This document shows positions 7,995 through 17,828 of a stretch of DNA of 64,000 nt, piece after piece. Within the stretch, counting starts at the first letter, position 1, and each line of letters starts with the position of its first letter. The stretch is from Bacilli bacterium. Lineage in GTDB: Bacteria > Bacillota_I > Bacilli_A > RF39 > UBA660. The translations under genes were made by a program, and so were the position numbers. The notes beneath the pieces are model-generated. The model was not told the DNA's origin. It did not search any database and saw only the letters and a list, made by a program, of their open reading frames with translations. The DNA lies in the NCBI GenBank assembly GCA_017441845.1, contig JAFRVB010000004.1, positions 3,684-67,683 of the forward strand, in the 5' to 3' direction.

Positions 7995-8807
7995 ATGAAT
8001 CAAGAAATAAAGTATAAAATTAGAAAAATAGTTACTTCAAATGTTATTATTGTATGTCTTGCTGGAATATCTATTGGTTCAGGTTATGAATTATATCAAA
8101 TAAAAAGTGGTTATGATGATAATCAAAAAGAATATGATGAATTAGCAGAAGAAGTAATAGAAGATAATAATCAAGAAGATAGATATGTTAATTTTGATTT
8201 ATTAAAAGAAATGAATCCCGATACAGAAGGATGGATCAAATATAATGATACGCACATAGATTATCCTGTAGTACAAGGAGAAGATAATAAAAAGTATTTA
8301 ACTGAATCTTTTGAAGGTAATTCTAATACTTTCGGAACTTTATTTATAGATGCAGGATGTAATGATCCATTTAATGATTTTACTACTATAATATATGGAC
8401 ATCATATGAAAGATGGTTCAATGTTTGGAGACATAAAAAAATTAAAAAATGAAGATTTTTGTAAAAATCATCCAGAATTAGAATTATATACTGAAGATAA
8501 AGATTGTACTCTAGAAATATGTGCTTTCTTAAGTCAACCAGCAGACTCAGACATATATAAAATAAATATAAATGATGAACAAGATAAAGAAGATTATATA
8601 AATATGGTTAAAGAATTAGCTTTATATCAAACAGATACTGAGATAAATACAAATGATAAATTAGTATTATTAAGTACTTGTGCTTATGATTTTGAAGATT
8701 GTAGATACATAGTAGTATGTAAGTTAAAAGAAAAGACTAAATACTTAAAAATAGAAGCACCTCTAGTAAGTAAACAAAAAATATTAATAAAAGAAAAGAC
8801 TAGATAA
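7995..8807 (+). CDS. srtB: Class B sortase
   Basis: N-terminal TM anchor; YPVVQGEDNKKYL, IIYGHHMKDGSMFGDIKKL, catalytic LLSTC and a downstream Arg (CRYIVV) match the SrtB pattern. Confidence 0.8.
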   Translation: MNQEIKYKIRKIVTSNVIIVCLAGISIGSGYELYQIKSGYDDNQKEYDELAEEVIEDNNQEDRYVNFDLLKEMNPDTEGWIKYNDTHIDYPVVQGEDNKKYLTESFEGNSNTFGTLFIDAGCNDPFNDFTTIIYGHHMKDGSMFGDIKKLKNEDFCKNHPELELYTEDKDCTLEICAFLSQPADSDIYKININDEQDKEDYINMVKELALYQTDTEINTNDKLVLLSTCAYDFEDCRYIVVCKLKEKTKYLKIEAPLVSKQKILIKEKTR

Positions 8808-8845
8808 AACCAGTCTTTTTATATTATAATTAAATTGGTGATATT

Positions 8846-9721
8846 ATGAGTAAAAGTATTATAGAACTAAAACATCTAAAGAAATATTATGATACTTCTA
8901 GAGGTATAGAAGATGTATCATTAAAAATAGATAAAGGAGATATCTATGGTTTTATTGGTCCTAATGGATCTGGTAAATCTACTACTATAAGAACTATTAT
9001 GACTCTTATTAATAAAACATCTGGTGAGATTTATATTAATGGTAAAGAATTAGAATTTGATGATGTCAAAGTAAAAAGATCTATTGGTTATCTACCTAGT
9101 GAAATAAATCTATATGATGATATGACTACTAAAGAATTATTAGATTATCATGAATCTTTCTATAAAGAAGATTTATCTAAAAGAAGAAAAGAATTAGTTA
9201 AATTATTAAAAGTAGATGAAAATAAAAAAGTAGGAGCTCTATCTCTAGGTAATCAAAAGAAAGTAGGTTTAGTTTTAGCTTTAATGCATGAACCTGAAAT
9301 ATTAATATTAGATGAACCAACTAGTGGTCTAGATCCTATAATGCAAAACACTCTACATGATATCTTATTAAAAGAAAAAGAAAAAGGTACTACAATACTT
9401 TATTCATCACATGTTTTAAATGAAGTATCTAATATCTGTGATAAAGTAGGTTTTATTAAAGATGGAATAATTATAAAAGAAGATTTAATGGAAAATATTA
9501 AGAAAGAAAATTATACTTATTTAAAAATAATATCTAATGAAATAGATAAAATAAAAAAAGATTTAAAACTAAAAGTACATAAAGAGTTAAATAATGAAAT
9601 AGTATTTATTAATACTTTAACTCCTAAAGAATTAATAACTAAATTGAAAGATTATAATATAGAACACTTATTAATAGAAGAAGTACCATTAGAGGACTTA
9701 TTCATTAATTATTATAAGTAG
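8846..9721 (+). CDS. ABC transporter ATP-binding protein (ABC-2 exporter type)
   Basis: Walker A GPNGSGKST, signature LSLGNQKK, Walker B ILILDEPTSGLD. Confidence 0.9.
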   Translation: MSKSIIELKHLKKYYDTSRGIEDVSLKIDKGDIYGFIGPNGSGKSTTIRTIMTLINKTSGEIYINGKELEFDDVKVKRSIGYLPSEINLYDDMTTKELLDYHESFYKEDLSKRRKELVKLLKVDENKKVGALSLGNQKKVGLVLALMHEPEILILDEPTSGLDPIMQNTLHDILLKEKEKGTTILYSSHVLNEVSNICDKVGFIKDGIIIKEDLMENIKKENYTYLKIISNEIDKIKKDLKLKVHKELNNEIVFINTLTPKELITKLKDYNIEHLLIEEVPLEDLFINYYK

Positions 9722-9729
9722 GTGATAAT

Positions 9730-10521
9730 ATGATAAAAAGAGAATTCAAAGTAAATTTAAAAAGTTTTCTAATTTGGTTAACTATCTTAGTACTTATGTT
9801 TTTAGTAGTATATTTAATCTATCCATATATGATTACTGATGAAACTATGAAAGAGTTTGATGAGATGATGAAGATTTTTCCACCAGAAGTTCTAACAGCT
9901 TTCAATATGGATATAGCTTCTATTTCTACTGTTTATGGTTGGTTTAAAACAGAAGGATTTACTTATGTGTTACTAATTATTGGTTTATATGCTTCAATCT
10001 TAGGTGGATCTATTCTATTAAAAGAAGAAGATGATCAAACTATTGAGTATTTAGATTCATTACCTATAAAAAGAAGTAATATAGTTACTAATAAAATAAT
10101 AGTAGGAATTATTTATGTACTATTATTAAATATATTATTATTTATATTTAATTATATATCTTTAACTATAAGTGGAGATTTTAATCAAAAAGAATTTATC
10201 TTATTAAGTATAACTCCTATACTTATAGCGCTACCTTTATTAGCAATTAACTTATTTATCTCAACATTCTTACGTAAGACCAAGGGAACTATAGGAATAG
10301 GTTTAGGAATAGTATTTATATTTTATGTATTAAGTGTATTATCTGAAATAACATCTAAAGTAGAATTCTTAAAGTACTTTACTATTTATACTTTAGCTGA
10401 TGTTAGAAATGTAATAATGGATGTATCAATTAATCCAATAATGATATTAATAAGTTTAGGTATCACAATAATCTTTATTATTGGAACATACTTAAGATAC
10501 AATAAGAAAGAATTAGTATAA
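9730..10521 (+). CDS. ABC-2 family transporter permease
   Basis: Six predicted TM helices. It lies immediately downstream of the ATPase (8-nt gap). Confidence 0.7.
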   Translation: MIKREFKVNLKSFLIWLTILVLMFLVVYLIYPYMITDETMKEFDEMMKIFPPEVLTAFNMDIASISTVYGWFKTEGFTYVLLIIGLYASILGGSILLKEEDDQTIEYLDSLPIKRSNIVTNKIIVGIIYVLLLNILLFIFNYISLTISGDFNQKEFILLSITPILIALPLLAINLFISTFLRKTKGTIGIGLGIVFIFYVLSVLSEITSKVEFLKYFTIYTLADVRNVIMDVSINPIMILISLGITIIFIIGTYLRYNKKELV

Positions 10522-10532
10522 GGGGTGAGAAT

Positions 10533-10802
10533 ATGAACGAGATTCAAGAATTAGAAAGAAGAGTTTCTGCTATCGAAGAAAGAAATAAAAGAGTAGAAGG
10601 AGATAAAGCTTGGGAAACTTCAGCTTTAAGAAAAGGATTAATAGTAATATTGACTTATATATTTGCTGTATTATATTTAAAAGTGGCTGATACAACAAAC
10701 CCATTCTTTGGAGCTGTTGTACCTACAGTAGGTTTTTACTTATCAACACAAACTTTAAAATTAATAAAAGATAAATGGTTAAGTAATAGAAAAAATGATT
10801 AA
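10533..10802 (+). CDS. Small membrane protein, hypothetical
   Basis: Charged N-terminal helix followed by two hydrophobic helices; RBS GGGGTGAG upstream. No family recognised. Confidence 0.5.
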   Translation: MNEIQELERRVSAIEERNKRVEGDKAWETSALRKGLIVILTYIFAVLYLKVADTTNPFFGAVVPTVGFYLSTQTLKLIKDKWLSNRKND

Positions 10803-10815
10803 AATAAGGTGAAAT

Positions 10816-11529
10816 ATGATTTATGTAACTGGAGATACACATCGTAATTTTTATAGATTATTAGCGACTTCTTTTCAAGAAGATGATATCTTAATCATTT
10901 TAGGAGACTCTTGTATTAATTATAATTTAGATATTACTGATAATATGATAAAGCATATATTATCAAAGTATGAAAATAAATTCTTTATAATACAAGGTAA
11001 TCATGAAGAAAGACCAGAAAACATTTCTACCTATAAAGAAGTAGATATGTTTGGAGGAAAAGTCTTTATTGAAGATGACTATCCTAATTTAATATTTGCT
11101 AAAAATGGAGAATTATATAATATTGATGATAATAAAATATTAGTAATTGGAGGAGCTTATTCAGTAGATAAATATTATCGTTTAAGGAATAATTTAAGAT
11201 GGTTTAAAGATGAACAATTAACTAAAAAAGAGGAAAAAGAAATATTAAAAAAGTATACTGGTAAAAAAGTAGATTATATTTTATCTCATACTTGTCCTGA
11301 GAAATATACTCCTGGTGAAGCTTTAATCCCAGGATTAGATGAAACATTAATAGATCATTCTATGGAAAGATTTTTAGATCAAGTAGAAGAAAGTGTAGAG
11401 TATGATAAATGGTATTGTGGACATTTTCATATAGATAAAGAAATAGATAAAATAGAATTTATGTATTATGGTATAAAAGAATTATCAAAAACAAAAAAGA
11501 AGGTAAAGACTAAAAAAAGGACTCAATGA
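10816..11529 (+). CDS. Calcineurin-like metallophosphoesterase
   Basis: Metallophosphoesterase motifs GDTH, GDSCIN, GNHE, SHTCP, GHFH. Confidence 0.75.
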   Translation: MIYVTGDTHRNFYRLLATSFQEDDILIILGDSCINYNLDITDNMIKHILSKYENKFFIIQGNHEERPENISTYKEVDMFGGKVFIEDDYPNLIFAKNGELYNIDDNKILVIGGAYSVDKYYRLRNNLRWFKDEQLTKKEEKEILKKYTGKKVDYILSHTCPEKYTPGEALIPGLDETLIDHSMERFLDQVEESVEYDKWYCGHFHIDKEIDKIEFMYYGIKELSKTKKKVKTKKRTQ

Positions 11530-12356
11530 GTCCTTTTTGTTAGCTTTAATACTTTATCATCTCTATCATGATCAATACCTTCAAATTTAATAACTTCAGT
11601 ATCATCTATTTCATTCACATAATAGTGAATATCTGCATCTTTTCTACCATAGAAGTACGCATAATAGATTTCTCCATTATCAGTTAAATTATTATCTCTA
11701 AGTTTAAGTATTAAATCACGATATCGTTTTAAATTTTCTTGATAATTACATATATTAGATAAGTAAATAGAATCATATTTTTTATCTAATCCATCAAAGA
11801 TATCATAGATATCTCCTAGATAATAAGATTCATATTTATCTTTTATTCTTTCTTGTAGTAATTCATATCCTTCATTAGTTAAATAGAAATTCCTATCAAT
11901 ATAATCCCCACCAGCTACTCTAGGGAAGAATAAAAATGTACTTTGAATACCTCCAACAGAACCAAAACTATTAACATAATTAGACCAAAATACATAAGAG
12001 TTCGCATCTAATAAAGGTTTAACTTTATCAAAATGTTTTCTTGAATTATTAGTTAAAAATTCAAAGAAGTCTCTTTTATTTAAGGATTTAACTGCTGCTT
12101 TCTTAAGTCTTAAATAATATAAGGCAAATTTATTTATATCAAAACAATCTACTGTATTAGCTCCTTTTAATATTAAATTAAGATAATGATCTCCAGAACC
12201 AACTACAGTTAATACATCTTTATCAGTAACATCTTCCATATATCCAGAAATATTTTCTGTTGTATAAGGATAAATCCTATCATATTCAGTAAATTCCTGT
12301 CTATGATCTATTCTATTAGTTATAATGTCTTTCGCTTTATAAAAATCTTCTTTCAT
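11523..12356 (-). CDS. DUF3419/BtaA-like SAM-dependent methyltransferase-fold protein
   Basis: VLTVVGSGDHYLNLILKGANTVDCFDINKFALYYLRLKKAAV resembles the DUF3419 N-terminal Rossmann segment. Pattern-level call only. Confidence 0.5.
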   Translation of the reverse strand: MKEDFYKAKDIITNRIDHRQEFTEYDRIYPYTTENISGYMEDVTDKDVLTVVGSGDHYLNLILKGANTVDCFDINKFALYYLRLKKAAVKSLNKRDFFEFLTNNSRKHFDKVKPLLDANSYVFWSNYVNSFGSVGGIQSTFLFFPRVAGGDYIDRNFYLTNEGYELLQERIKDKYESYYLGDIYDIFDGLDKKYDSIYLSNICNYQENLKRYRDLILKLRDNNLTDNGEIYYAYFYGRKDADIHYYVNEIDDTEVIKFEGIDHDRDDKVLKLTKRTH

Positions 12357-12437
12357 AATATCTCCTTAGTGATTGATTATTATAACACAGATGTATAAAA
12401 AATGATATAATATTAATAGAGTAGAAGAGGTATATAT

Positions 12438-13640
12438 ATGAATAAAAAGATTTTATTAATAATAGTTTTAATATTATTTATACCATGTATAGTTAACGCA
12501 TTAGATTTTCCAAATACTAATTCTAAAATGGTAGAAATATATGACTTAAATGATAACAAATTAATTTATGAAAAAAAATCTAATAAACAAACATCAGTAG
12601 CTTCTCTTACTAAGATAGTTACTAGTATTACTGCGATAGAGAATATCAAAGATTTAGATAAAAAAGTAACTATTACTAATGACATGATGAAAACGGTTAG
12701 TTGGGAAGCATCTAAAGCTGGGTTAAAAACAGGTGATGTTGTGACTTATAGAGATCTACTATATGCATCAATGCTACCTAGTGGAGCTGATGCGACTAAT
12801 TCGATGGCTATCGCAAGTACTGGAAGTATTGATAAATTTGTTTCTAAAATGAATGCTTTGGCTAAAAAGTTAAAATTAAAAAATACTCACTTCGTAAATG
12901 TAACAGGCTTAGATATAAAAGGTCATTATTCTTCCGCTGATGATATGCGTATAATACTAGAATATGCTTTAAATAATGAAACATTTAAAAAGATATATAC
13001 TACTCGTAATTATACTTTATCTAATGGCCTAAAAGTAAAATCAACAGTTTCTAAATATGTTAATGAAGTTAATACATCTAAAATTCTAGGAGCTAAAACT
13101 GGTTTTACTGATGCTGCTGGATATTGTTTATCTTCTTTAAGTAATATTAATTCTCATGAATTTATAATCATCGTTTTAAATGCTAAAGTAGAAAATGGTA
13201 AACACTATAATTTAGTAGATACAGTAAATCTAATAAACTTTTTAAATAAAAACTTTAAGAATGAATACTTAGTAAAAAAGAACGATCTAATCAAAACATT
13301 ACCAGTTAAATTAAGTAAGATAGATAAATATGAAATACGTGCTACTAAAGATGTTATTAAGTATTTACCATCTGATTACAATAAAGACGATTTTAAAATC
13401 AAATATACTGGTTTAAAAGAATTAAGTTTTAAAAATAAAAAAGGTAAAGAAATAGGTACTATCAAATACTATTATGAAAACAAATTAATAGATAAAGAAA
13501 AAGTAATTTTAAATAAAGATATTAAAGTTAGTTTCAAAAAACTATTAAAGAAATATTTCTATATACCATTAATCTTAATAGTAATAATTCTATTCTTGAT
13601 AACAAGAAAAAAGAAAAGAAAAAACATTAAAAAGAGGTAA
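12438..13640 (+). CDS. D-alanyl-D-alanine carboxypeptidase (serine-type, PBP5-like) with a C-terminal membrane anchor
   Basis: Signal peptide; SxxK (SLTK), SxN-like SGAD and KTG (KTGFT) motifs; C-terminal TM helix followed by a basic tail. Confidence 0.8.
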   Translation: MNKKILLIIVLILFIPCIVNALDFPNTNSKMVEIYDLNDNKLIYEKKSNKQTSVASLTKIVTSITAIENIKDLDKKVTITNDMMKTVSWEASKAGLKTGDVVTYRDLLYASMLPSGADATNSMAIASTGSIDKFVSKMNALAKKLKLKNTHFVNVTGLDIKGHYSSADDMRIILEYALNNETFKKIYTTRNYTLSNGLKVKSTVSKYVNEVNTSKILGAKTGFTDAAGYCLSSLSNINSHEFIIIVLNAKVENGKHYNLVDTVNLINFLNKNFKNEYLVKKNDLIKTLPVKLSKIDKYEIRATKDVIKYLPSDYNKDDFKIKYTGLKELSFKNKKGKEIGTIKYYYENKLIDKEKVILNKDIKVSFKKLLKKYFYIPLILIVIILFLITRKKKRKNIKKR

Positions 13641-13654
13641 AAACCTCTTTTTTT
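13631..13654 (+). terminator. Rho-independent terminator
   Basis: aaagaggt-aaaa-acctcttt hairpin followed by a T-run. Confidence 0.8.
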
Positions 13655-13761
13655 GTGCTAAAATAATGTAAATGCAACCAACTTTCTACAAAAAACAACC
13701 TAAAGTTGGTAGAATGCAACCGGTAGAAATTATAAAATTGTATGTGAAAAGGAGGGATTGT

Positions 13762-15252
13762 ATGAACAATCAATTTTCAGAAAATTTGAAAAAAATCAGA
13801 AAAGAGCATAATCTTTCACAAGAACAATTAGCTGATGAACTAGGAGTATCTAGACAAGCAATTTCTAAATGGGAGTCTGCTGTAGCTTATCCTGAAATGG
13901 ATAAGATAATTGCTTTATGTGATAAATTTAATCTTAATATAGATGATTTACTACATAAAGATATTAAAGAAGTAAAAGGAGAAGAAGAATCTAAGAAGAA
14001 ACTAAATGGTTATATCGATGATTTCTTAGAATTTATCACTGATACAGTAAATATGTTCAGTAGTATGAATTTCAAAAGCAAAGTTAAATGTTTATTTGAG
14101 CAATTAATCATTATCTTAATTTTAATTATTGCTGGTAATCTTATAATCTCAATGATTAATTCATTATTTCATACAGTATTTAGTTTTGCTCCAGCAAAGG
14201 TAATGTTTCCAGTTATGAATGTTATAAACTCTTTACTAGGAATCTTCTTAACTATTGTAGCTTTAATAATTTTAGTACACATATTTAAAACAAGATATTT
14301 AGATTATTATAAAGAAGTAAAAAAAGAAAACGAAGTAGAGAAAGAAGAAATTATTGACGAGCAAAAAGACGATTCAAAGAAAGAAACAAAGGAAGAAAAA
14401 TTTTCTAAAGAAGATGAAAAAGTAATAATTAGAGATCCTAAACATAGTGAATATAAATTTATTAATGGTTTAGGTAAAATAGTATTATTAATAGTTAAGT
14501 TCTTCTTATTATGTTTTGCTTTAAATATTATAGCTGTATTAGTATGTTTAGCTATAGGATTTGTAGCTTCATTCTTAGTATATAATACAGGCTCATTCTT
14601 TATAGGTTTACTACTAACGATATTATCTTCAGCAGTTATCTCAGTTATTTTCTTATTATTAATATTAAATTTTGTATTTAATAGAAAAAATGATAAAAAG
14701 AAAATGATATGGGCATTTATCTTATCAATAGTATTCTTTGGAGTAGGTTGTGGATTAATCTCAACTGGAGCACTTCAATTTGATGTAAGTGAAAATGATA
14801 ATAATCTAATAAAAACAGAAGTAAAAGAACATAAAATGAATGATAAATTAATATTGTTTGCTCATAGAGATGATGTTAAATATATTGAAAAAGATATTAA
14901 TAATATAAAAATAGAATATACAGTTAATAAGTATTGTGATTTAAAAGAAAATGATGAAAAGAATGAATTAACTGCTTATACTGAATGTACTAATCCTACT
15001 GCTATGGCTAGAGATGCAATCAAAGAATTAAATAATAAAAAATTAGTTAATATCAGTAGTGATATAAGTACTATTAAAGTTTATGCTTCTAAAGATAATA
15101 TTAAAAAGTTAAAAAATAATAGATCTTCTTATTTTGAAAAAATAGAGAAAGAAAACAAATGGTGTGATGAAAGAATTAATGAATTAGAAGATGAAAATAA
15201 TGAATTATCTGAAGAACTTTCTGAATTAAAAAATAAAGAAGAAAAGGACTAG
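13762..15252 (+). CDS. XRE-family HTH regulator fused to a multi-TM region and a C-terminal coiled coil
   Basis: IRKEHNLSQEQLADELGVSRQAISKWESA is an HTH, followed by several hydrophobic helices and an acidic coiled-coil tail. The start is set at the Met behind GGAGGG; the track's 13672 start runs through the upstream operator-like repeats. Confidence 0.75.
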   Translation: MNNQFSENLKKIRKEHNLSQEQLADELGVSRQAISKWESAVAYPEMDKIIALCDKFNLNIDDLLHKDIKEVKGEEESKKKLNGYIDDFLEFITDTVNMFSSMNFKSKVKCLFEQLIIILILIIAGNLIISMINSLFHTVFSFAPAKVMFPVMNVINSLLGIFLTIVALIILVHIFKTRYLDYYKEVKKENEVEKEEIIDEQKDDSKKETKEEKFSKEDEKVIIRDPKHSEYKFINGLGKIVLLIVKFFLLCFALNIIAVLVCLAIGFVASFLVYNTGSFFIGLLLTILSSAVISVIFLLLILNFVFNRKNDKKKMIWAFILSIVFFGVGCGLISTGALQFDVSENDNNLIKTEVKEHKMNDKLILFAHRDDVKYIEKDINNIKIEYTVNKYCDLKENDEKNELTAYTECTNPTAMARDAIKELNNKKLVNISSDISTIKVYASKDNIKKLKNNRSSYFEKIEKENKWCDERINELEDENNELSEELSELKNKEEKD

Positions 15253-15301
15253 AAATAGTTCTTTTTTAGTTATAAAGTGTTATAATAAAGTCGGTGATAA
15301 T

Positions 15302-16183
15302 ATGAAGACAGAAAAGAATATTTTTATTGCATTTATATTAAATATATCGTTCTCAATATTTGAATTCTTTGGAGGGTTATTTACTAATTCAGTAGCTATT
15401 CTTTCTGATGCGATTCATGATTTAGGAGATGCCCTATCTATTGGAATATCATACTTTCTAGAAAAGAAAAGTAAAAAGAAAGCAGATAAGAAATATACTT
15501 ATGGTTATGTTAGATATTCAGTATTAGGTGGAGTAATTACCACAACCATCCTATTAGTTGGATCAATCTTAGTAATTATTGCGTCTGTTAAAAGATTGTT
15601 TAATCCAGTAGATATTAATTATCATGGTATGATTATCTTTGCTGTAATTGGAGTAATAGTTAACTTTATTGCAGCTTATACTACGAGAGAAGGTAACTCT
15701 ATTAATCAAAAAGCAGTTAATCTTCATATGTTAGAAGATGTTCTAGGATGGGTAGTTGTCCTTGTTGGTGCAATTATCATGAACTTTACTGATATAAAAA
15801 TATTAGATCCAATAATGAGTATTGGAGTAGCTATATTCATATTAGTTAATGCTTTAAAGAATTTAAAGAAAGTATTAGATGTTTTTTTAGAGAAAACACC
15901 TAATGATATAGATATTGATGAATTAAAAGAACATTTATTGAAGATTAATGAAGTAGAAGATATTCATCATATTCATATTTGGAGTATAGATGGATATAAT
16001 AATTACGCAACTATGCATATTGTAACTAAATCTAATAATATAAAAGAAGTTAAAAAGAATATAAGAGAAGAATTAGAAGAACATAATATCTGTCATGCTA
16101 TATTGGAAACAGAAGATGAAGTTTGTGATGATGAAGAATGTCATGTTGATCTAGGAGAACATCATCATCACCATCATCATTAA
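15302..16183 (+). CDS. Cation diffusion facilitator (CzcD/ZitB-like Zn/Co/Cd efflux transporter)
   Basis: AILSDAIHDLGD and HMLEDVLGW are the metal-site motifs in TM2 and TM5. The C-terminus has a cytoplasmic domain and a His7 tail. Confidence 0.85.
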   Translation: MKTEKNIFIAFILNISFSIFEFFGGLFTNSVAILSDAIHDLGDALSIGISYFLEKKSKKKADKKYTYGYVRYSVLGGVITTTILLVGSILVIIASVKRLFNPVDINYHGMIIFAVIGVIVNFIAAYTTREGNSINQKAVNLHMLEDVLGWVVVLVGAIIMNFTDIKILDPIMSIGVAIFILVNALKNLKKVLDVFLEKTPNDIDIDELKEHLLKINEVEDIHHIHIWSIDGYNNYATMHIVTKSNNIKEVKKNIREELEEHNICHAILETEDEVCDDEECHVDLGEHHHHHHH

Positions 16184-16247
16184 TAAAAAATATATGGAAA
16201 AATTAGATTAAATAGTCTATAATCTAATTGTAATTATAGAGGTTAAT

Positions 16248-17483
16248 ATGAAGAAAAAAAGACTTAAAAAGAAATACATAATAATAGTAATAGTCGCAGT
16301 AATTCTACTATTAGTTTTATTGTTCTTTCTTTTTGGAGATAATTTCTTAAAATTAGAGACTAAATCTAAAAAGACTACTGAAGTAGAGTATGCTACTAAA
16401 GATTTTAAATATCCTAAAGTTACTTGTAAGTATTTAGGTATAGATAAATCTAAAAATATTAAGAGACTAAATAATATTGATCTAAAGAAAGTTGGTAAAC
16501 AAGATATTAAATATTCTTGCAAGACTCTAACTTTTAAAAAAGATATTAAAGTTAAATATGATGTAGTTGATAAAGTAGCTCCAGAAATGAAATTAAAAGG
16601 AGATAAATCTTTAACTATCTATGTTGGAGAGAAATATGTAGATAAAGGTGTTACTGCTACAGATAATGTAGATGGTGATATTAGTAAAAAAGTTGTAGTT
16701 GAAGGTACAGTTAATACTAAAAAAGAAGGTAAAACTGAAATAACTTATACTATTACAGATTCTTCTGGTAATAAGACTACTTTAAAAAGAACTGTAACAG
16801 TTAAAAAAAGACCAGTTAATGGACCAAGATATAGCGGTGGTGGATCTAGTATGGGTTGTGGAGAAGCTGGAGTCATCTATCTTACTTTTGATGATGGACC
16901 TAATGGCTTATATACACCTGTAATCTTAGATGCTTTAAAGAAACATGGAGTTAAAGCTACTTTCTTTGTTACTATGGCTGGACCAGATAGCATGATTAAA
17001 AGAGAATATAATGAAGGACATGCGGTTGCTCTACATACTGCCTCACATGATTATGGTTACATCTATAGTTCTAGTGCTAATTATTGGGCTGATTTAAATA
17101 AAGTAAGTGCTAGAGTAGAAAGATTAACTGGTAAGAAATCAATGTTAATGAGATTTCCTGGAGGAGTATCTAATACTATATCTAGACATTATAAAAATGG
17201 TATTATGTCACAACTAGCTAAAGAAGTAGAAGATAAAGGATATACATACTTTGACTGGAATATTTCATCAGGAGATGCTGGGGGTACAACAGATCCTAAT
17301 CAAGAATACAGAAATGTTGTTAATTCATTATCTAAGAGTAGAGGAAATGTTATCTTAATGCATGATATTAAAAAACATACATCACTTGCTATAGATAGTA
17401 TAATTAAATATGGAAAAGATAATGGTTATCAATTTAAAGTTTTAACTAGTGATGTTATATGTCATCAAGGAATAAATAATTAA
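16248..17483 (+). CDS. Membrane-anchored polysaccharide/peptidoglycan deacetylase (NodB domain) with an Ig-like (DUF5011-type) domain
   Basis: N-terminal TM helix; Ig-like segment DKVAPEMKLKG...TATDNVDGDIS...ITYTITDSSGN; NodB motifs TFDDGP, HTASH and LMHD. Confidence 0.8.
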   Translation: MKKKRLKKKYIIIVIVAVILLLVLLFFLFGDNFLKLETKSKKTTEVEYATKDFKYPKVTCKYLGIDKSKNIKRLNNIDLKKVGKQDIKYSCKTLTFKKDIKVKYDVVDKVAPEMKLKGDKSLTIYVGEKYVDKGVTATDNVDGDISKKVVVEGTVNTKKEGKTEITYTITDSSGNKTTLKRTVTVKKRPVNGPRYSGGGSSMGCGEAGVIYLTFDDGPNGLYTPVILDALKKHGVKATFFVTMAGPDSMIKREYNEGHAVALHTASHDYGYIYSSSANYWADLNKVSARVERLTGKKSMLMRFPGGVSNTISRHYKNGIMSQLAKEVEDKGYTYFDWNISSGDAGGTTDPNQEYRNVVNSLSKSRGNVILMHDIKKHTSLAIDSIIKYGKDNGYQFKVLTSDVICHQGINN

Positions 17484-17484
17484 A

Positions 17485-17508
17485 AAGAAGAGACAAATCT
17501 TCTTTTTT
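17485..17508 (+). terminator. Rho-independent terminator
   Basis: aagaaga-gacaaa-tcttctt hairpin followed by a T-run. Confidence 0.75.
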
Positions 17509-17540
17509 GTTATAAAATACTATATCAAGGAAGTGTTATT

Positions 17541-17741
17541 ATGGATATAGATAAACTTATTGAATACATGTATGCTACAGATCAATTAGATGATAACTTT
17601 GGATTAAAAGAAAAATGTCCAGTATGTGGAAAAGAATTAGAAAAGAGTAATGATAGAGATTATCCTTATTATTGTCCTAATTGTGATATGGTAGTTAATA
17701 AAAATAAAACTGAAGGTAAAAAGAAAATATTAGTTCCTTAA
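17541..17741 (+). CDS. Small zinc-ribbon protein, hypothetical
   Basis: CPVCG ... CPNCD are two CxxC pairs within 66 aa. Confidence 0.5.
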   Translation: MDIDKLIEYMYATDQLDDNFGLKEKCPVCGKELEKSNDRDYPYYCPNCDMVVNKNKTEGKKKILVP

Positions 17742-17828
17742 TGTAAACTAATATTTTTTTTATCAAATTAATTCGACAAATTTATTGTTTAATTATATAA
17801 TGATAAGTGAAGATAAGAGGTGTTTACT

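Noticed and set aside
13672-13761. N-terminal extensions suggested by the ORF track at 13672, and similarly at 6366, 21305, 24613, 31761 and 56977.
   Set aside because: In each case an internal Met with a good SD sequence aligns with the start of the recognisable domain. The extensions run through upstream genes, terminators or operator-like repeats.
16162-16183. C-terminal HHHHHHH on the CDF transporter, considered as a possible cloning or His-tag artefact indicating synthetic sequence.
   Set aside because: His-rich termini are common natural metal-binding features of CDF transporters. The surrounding context (native RBS, terminator-less intergenic region, no vector sequence) looks chromosomal.
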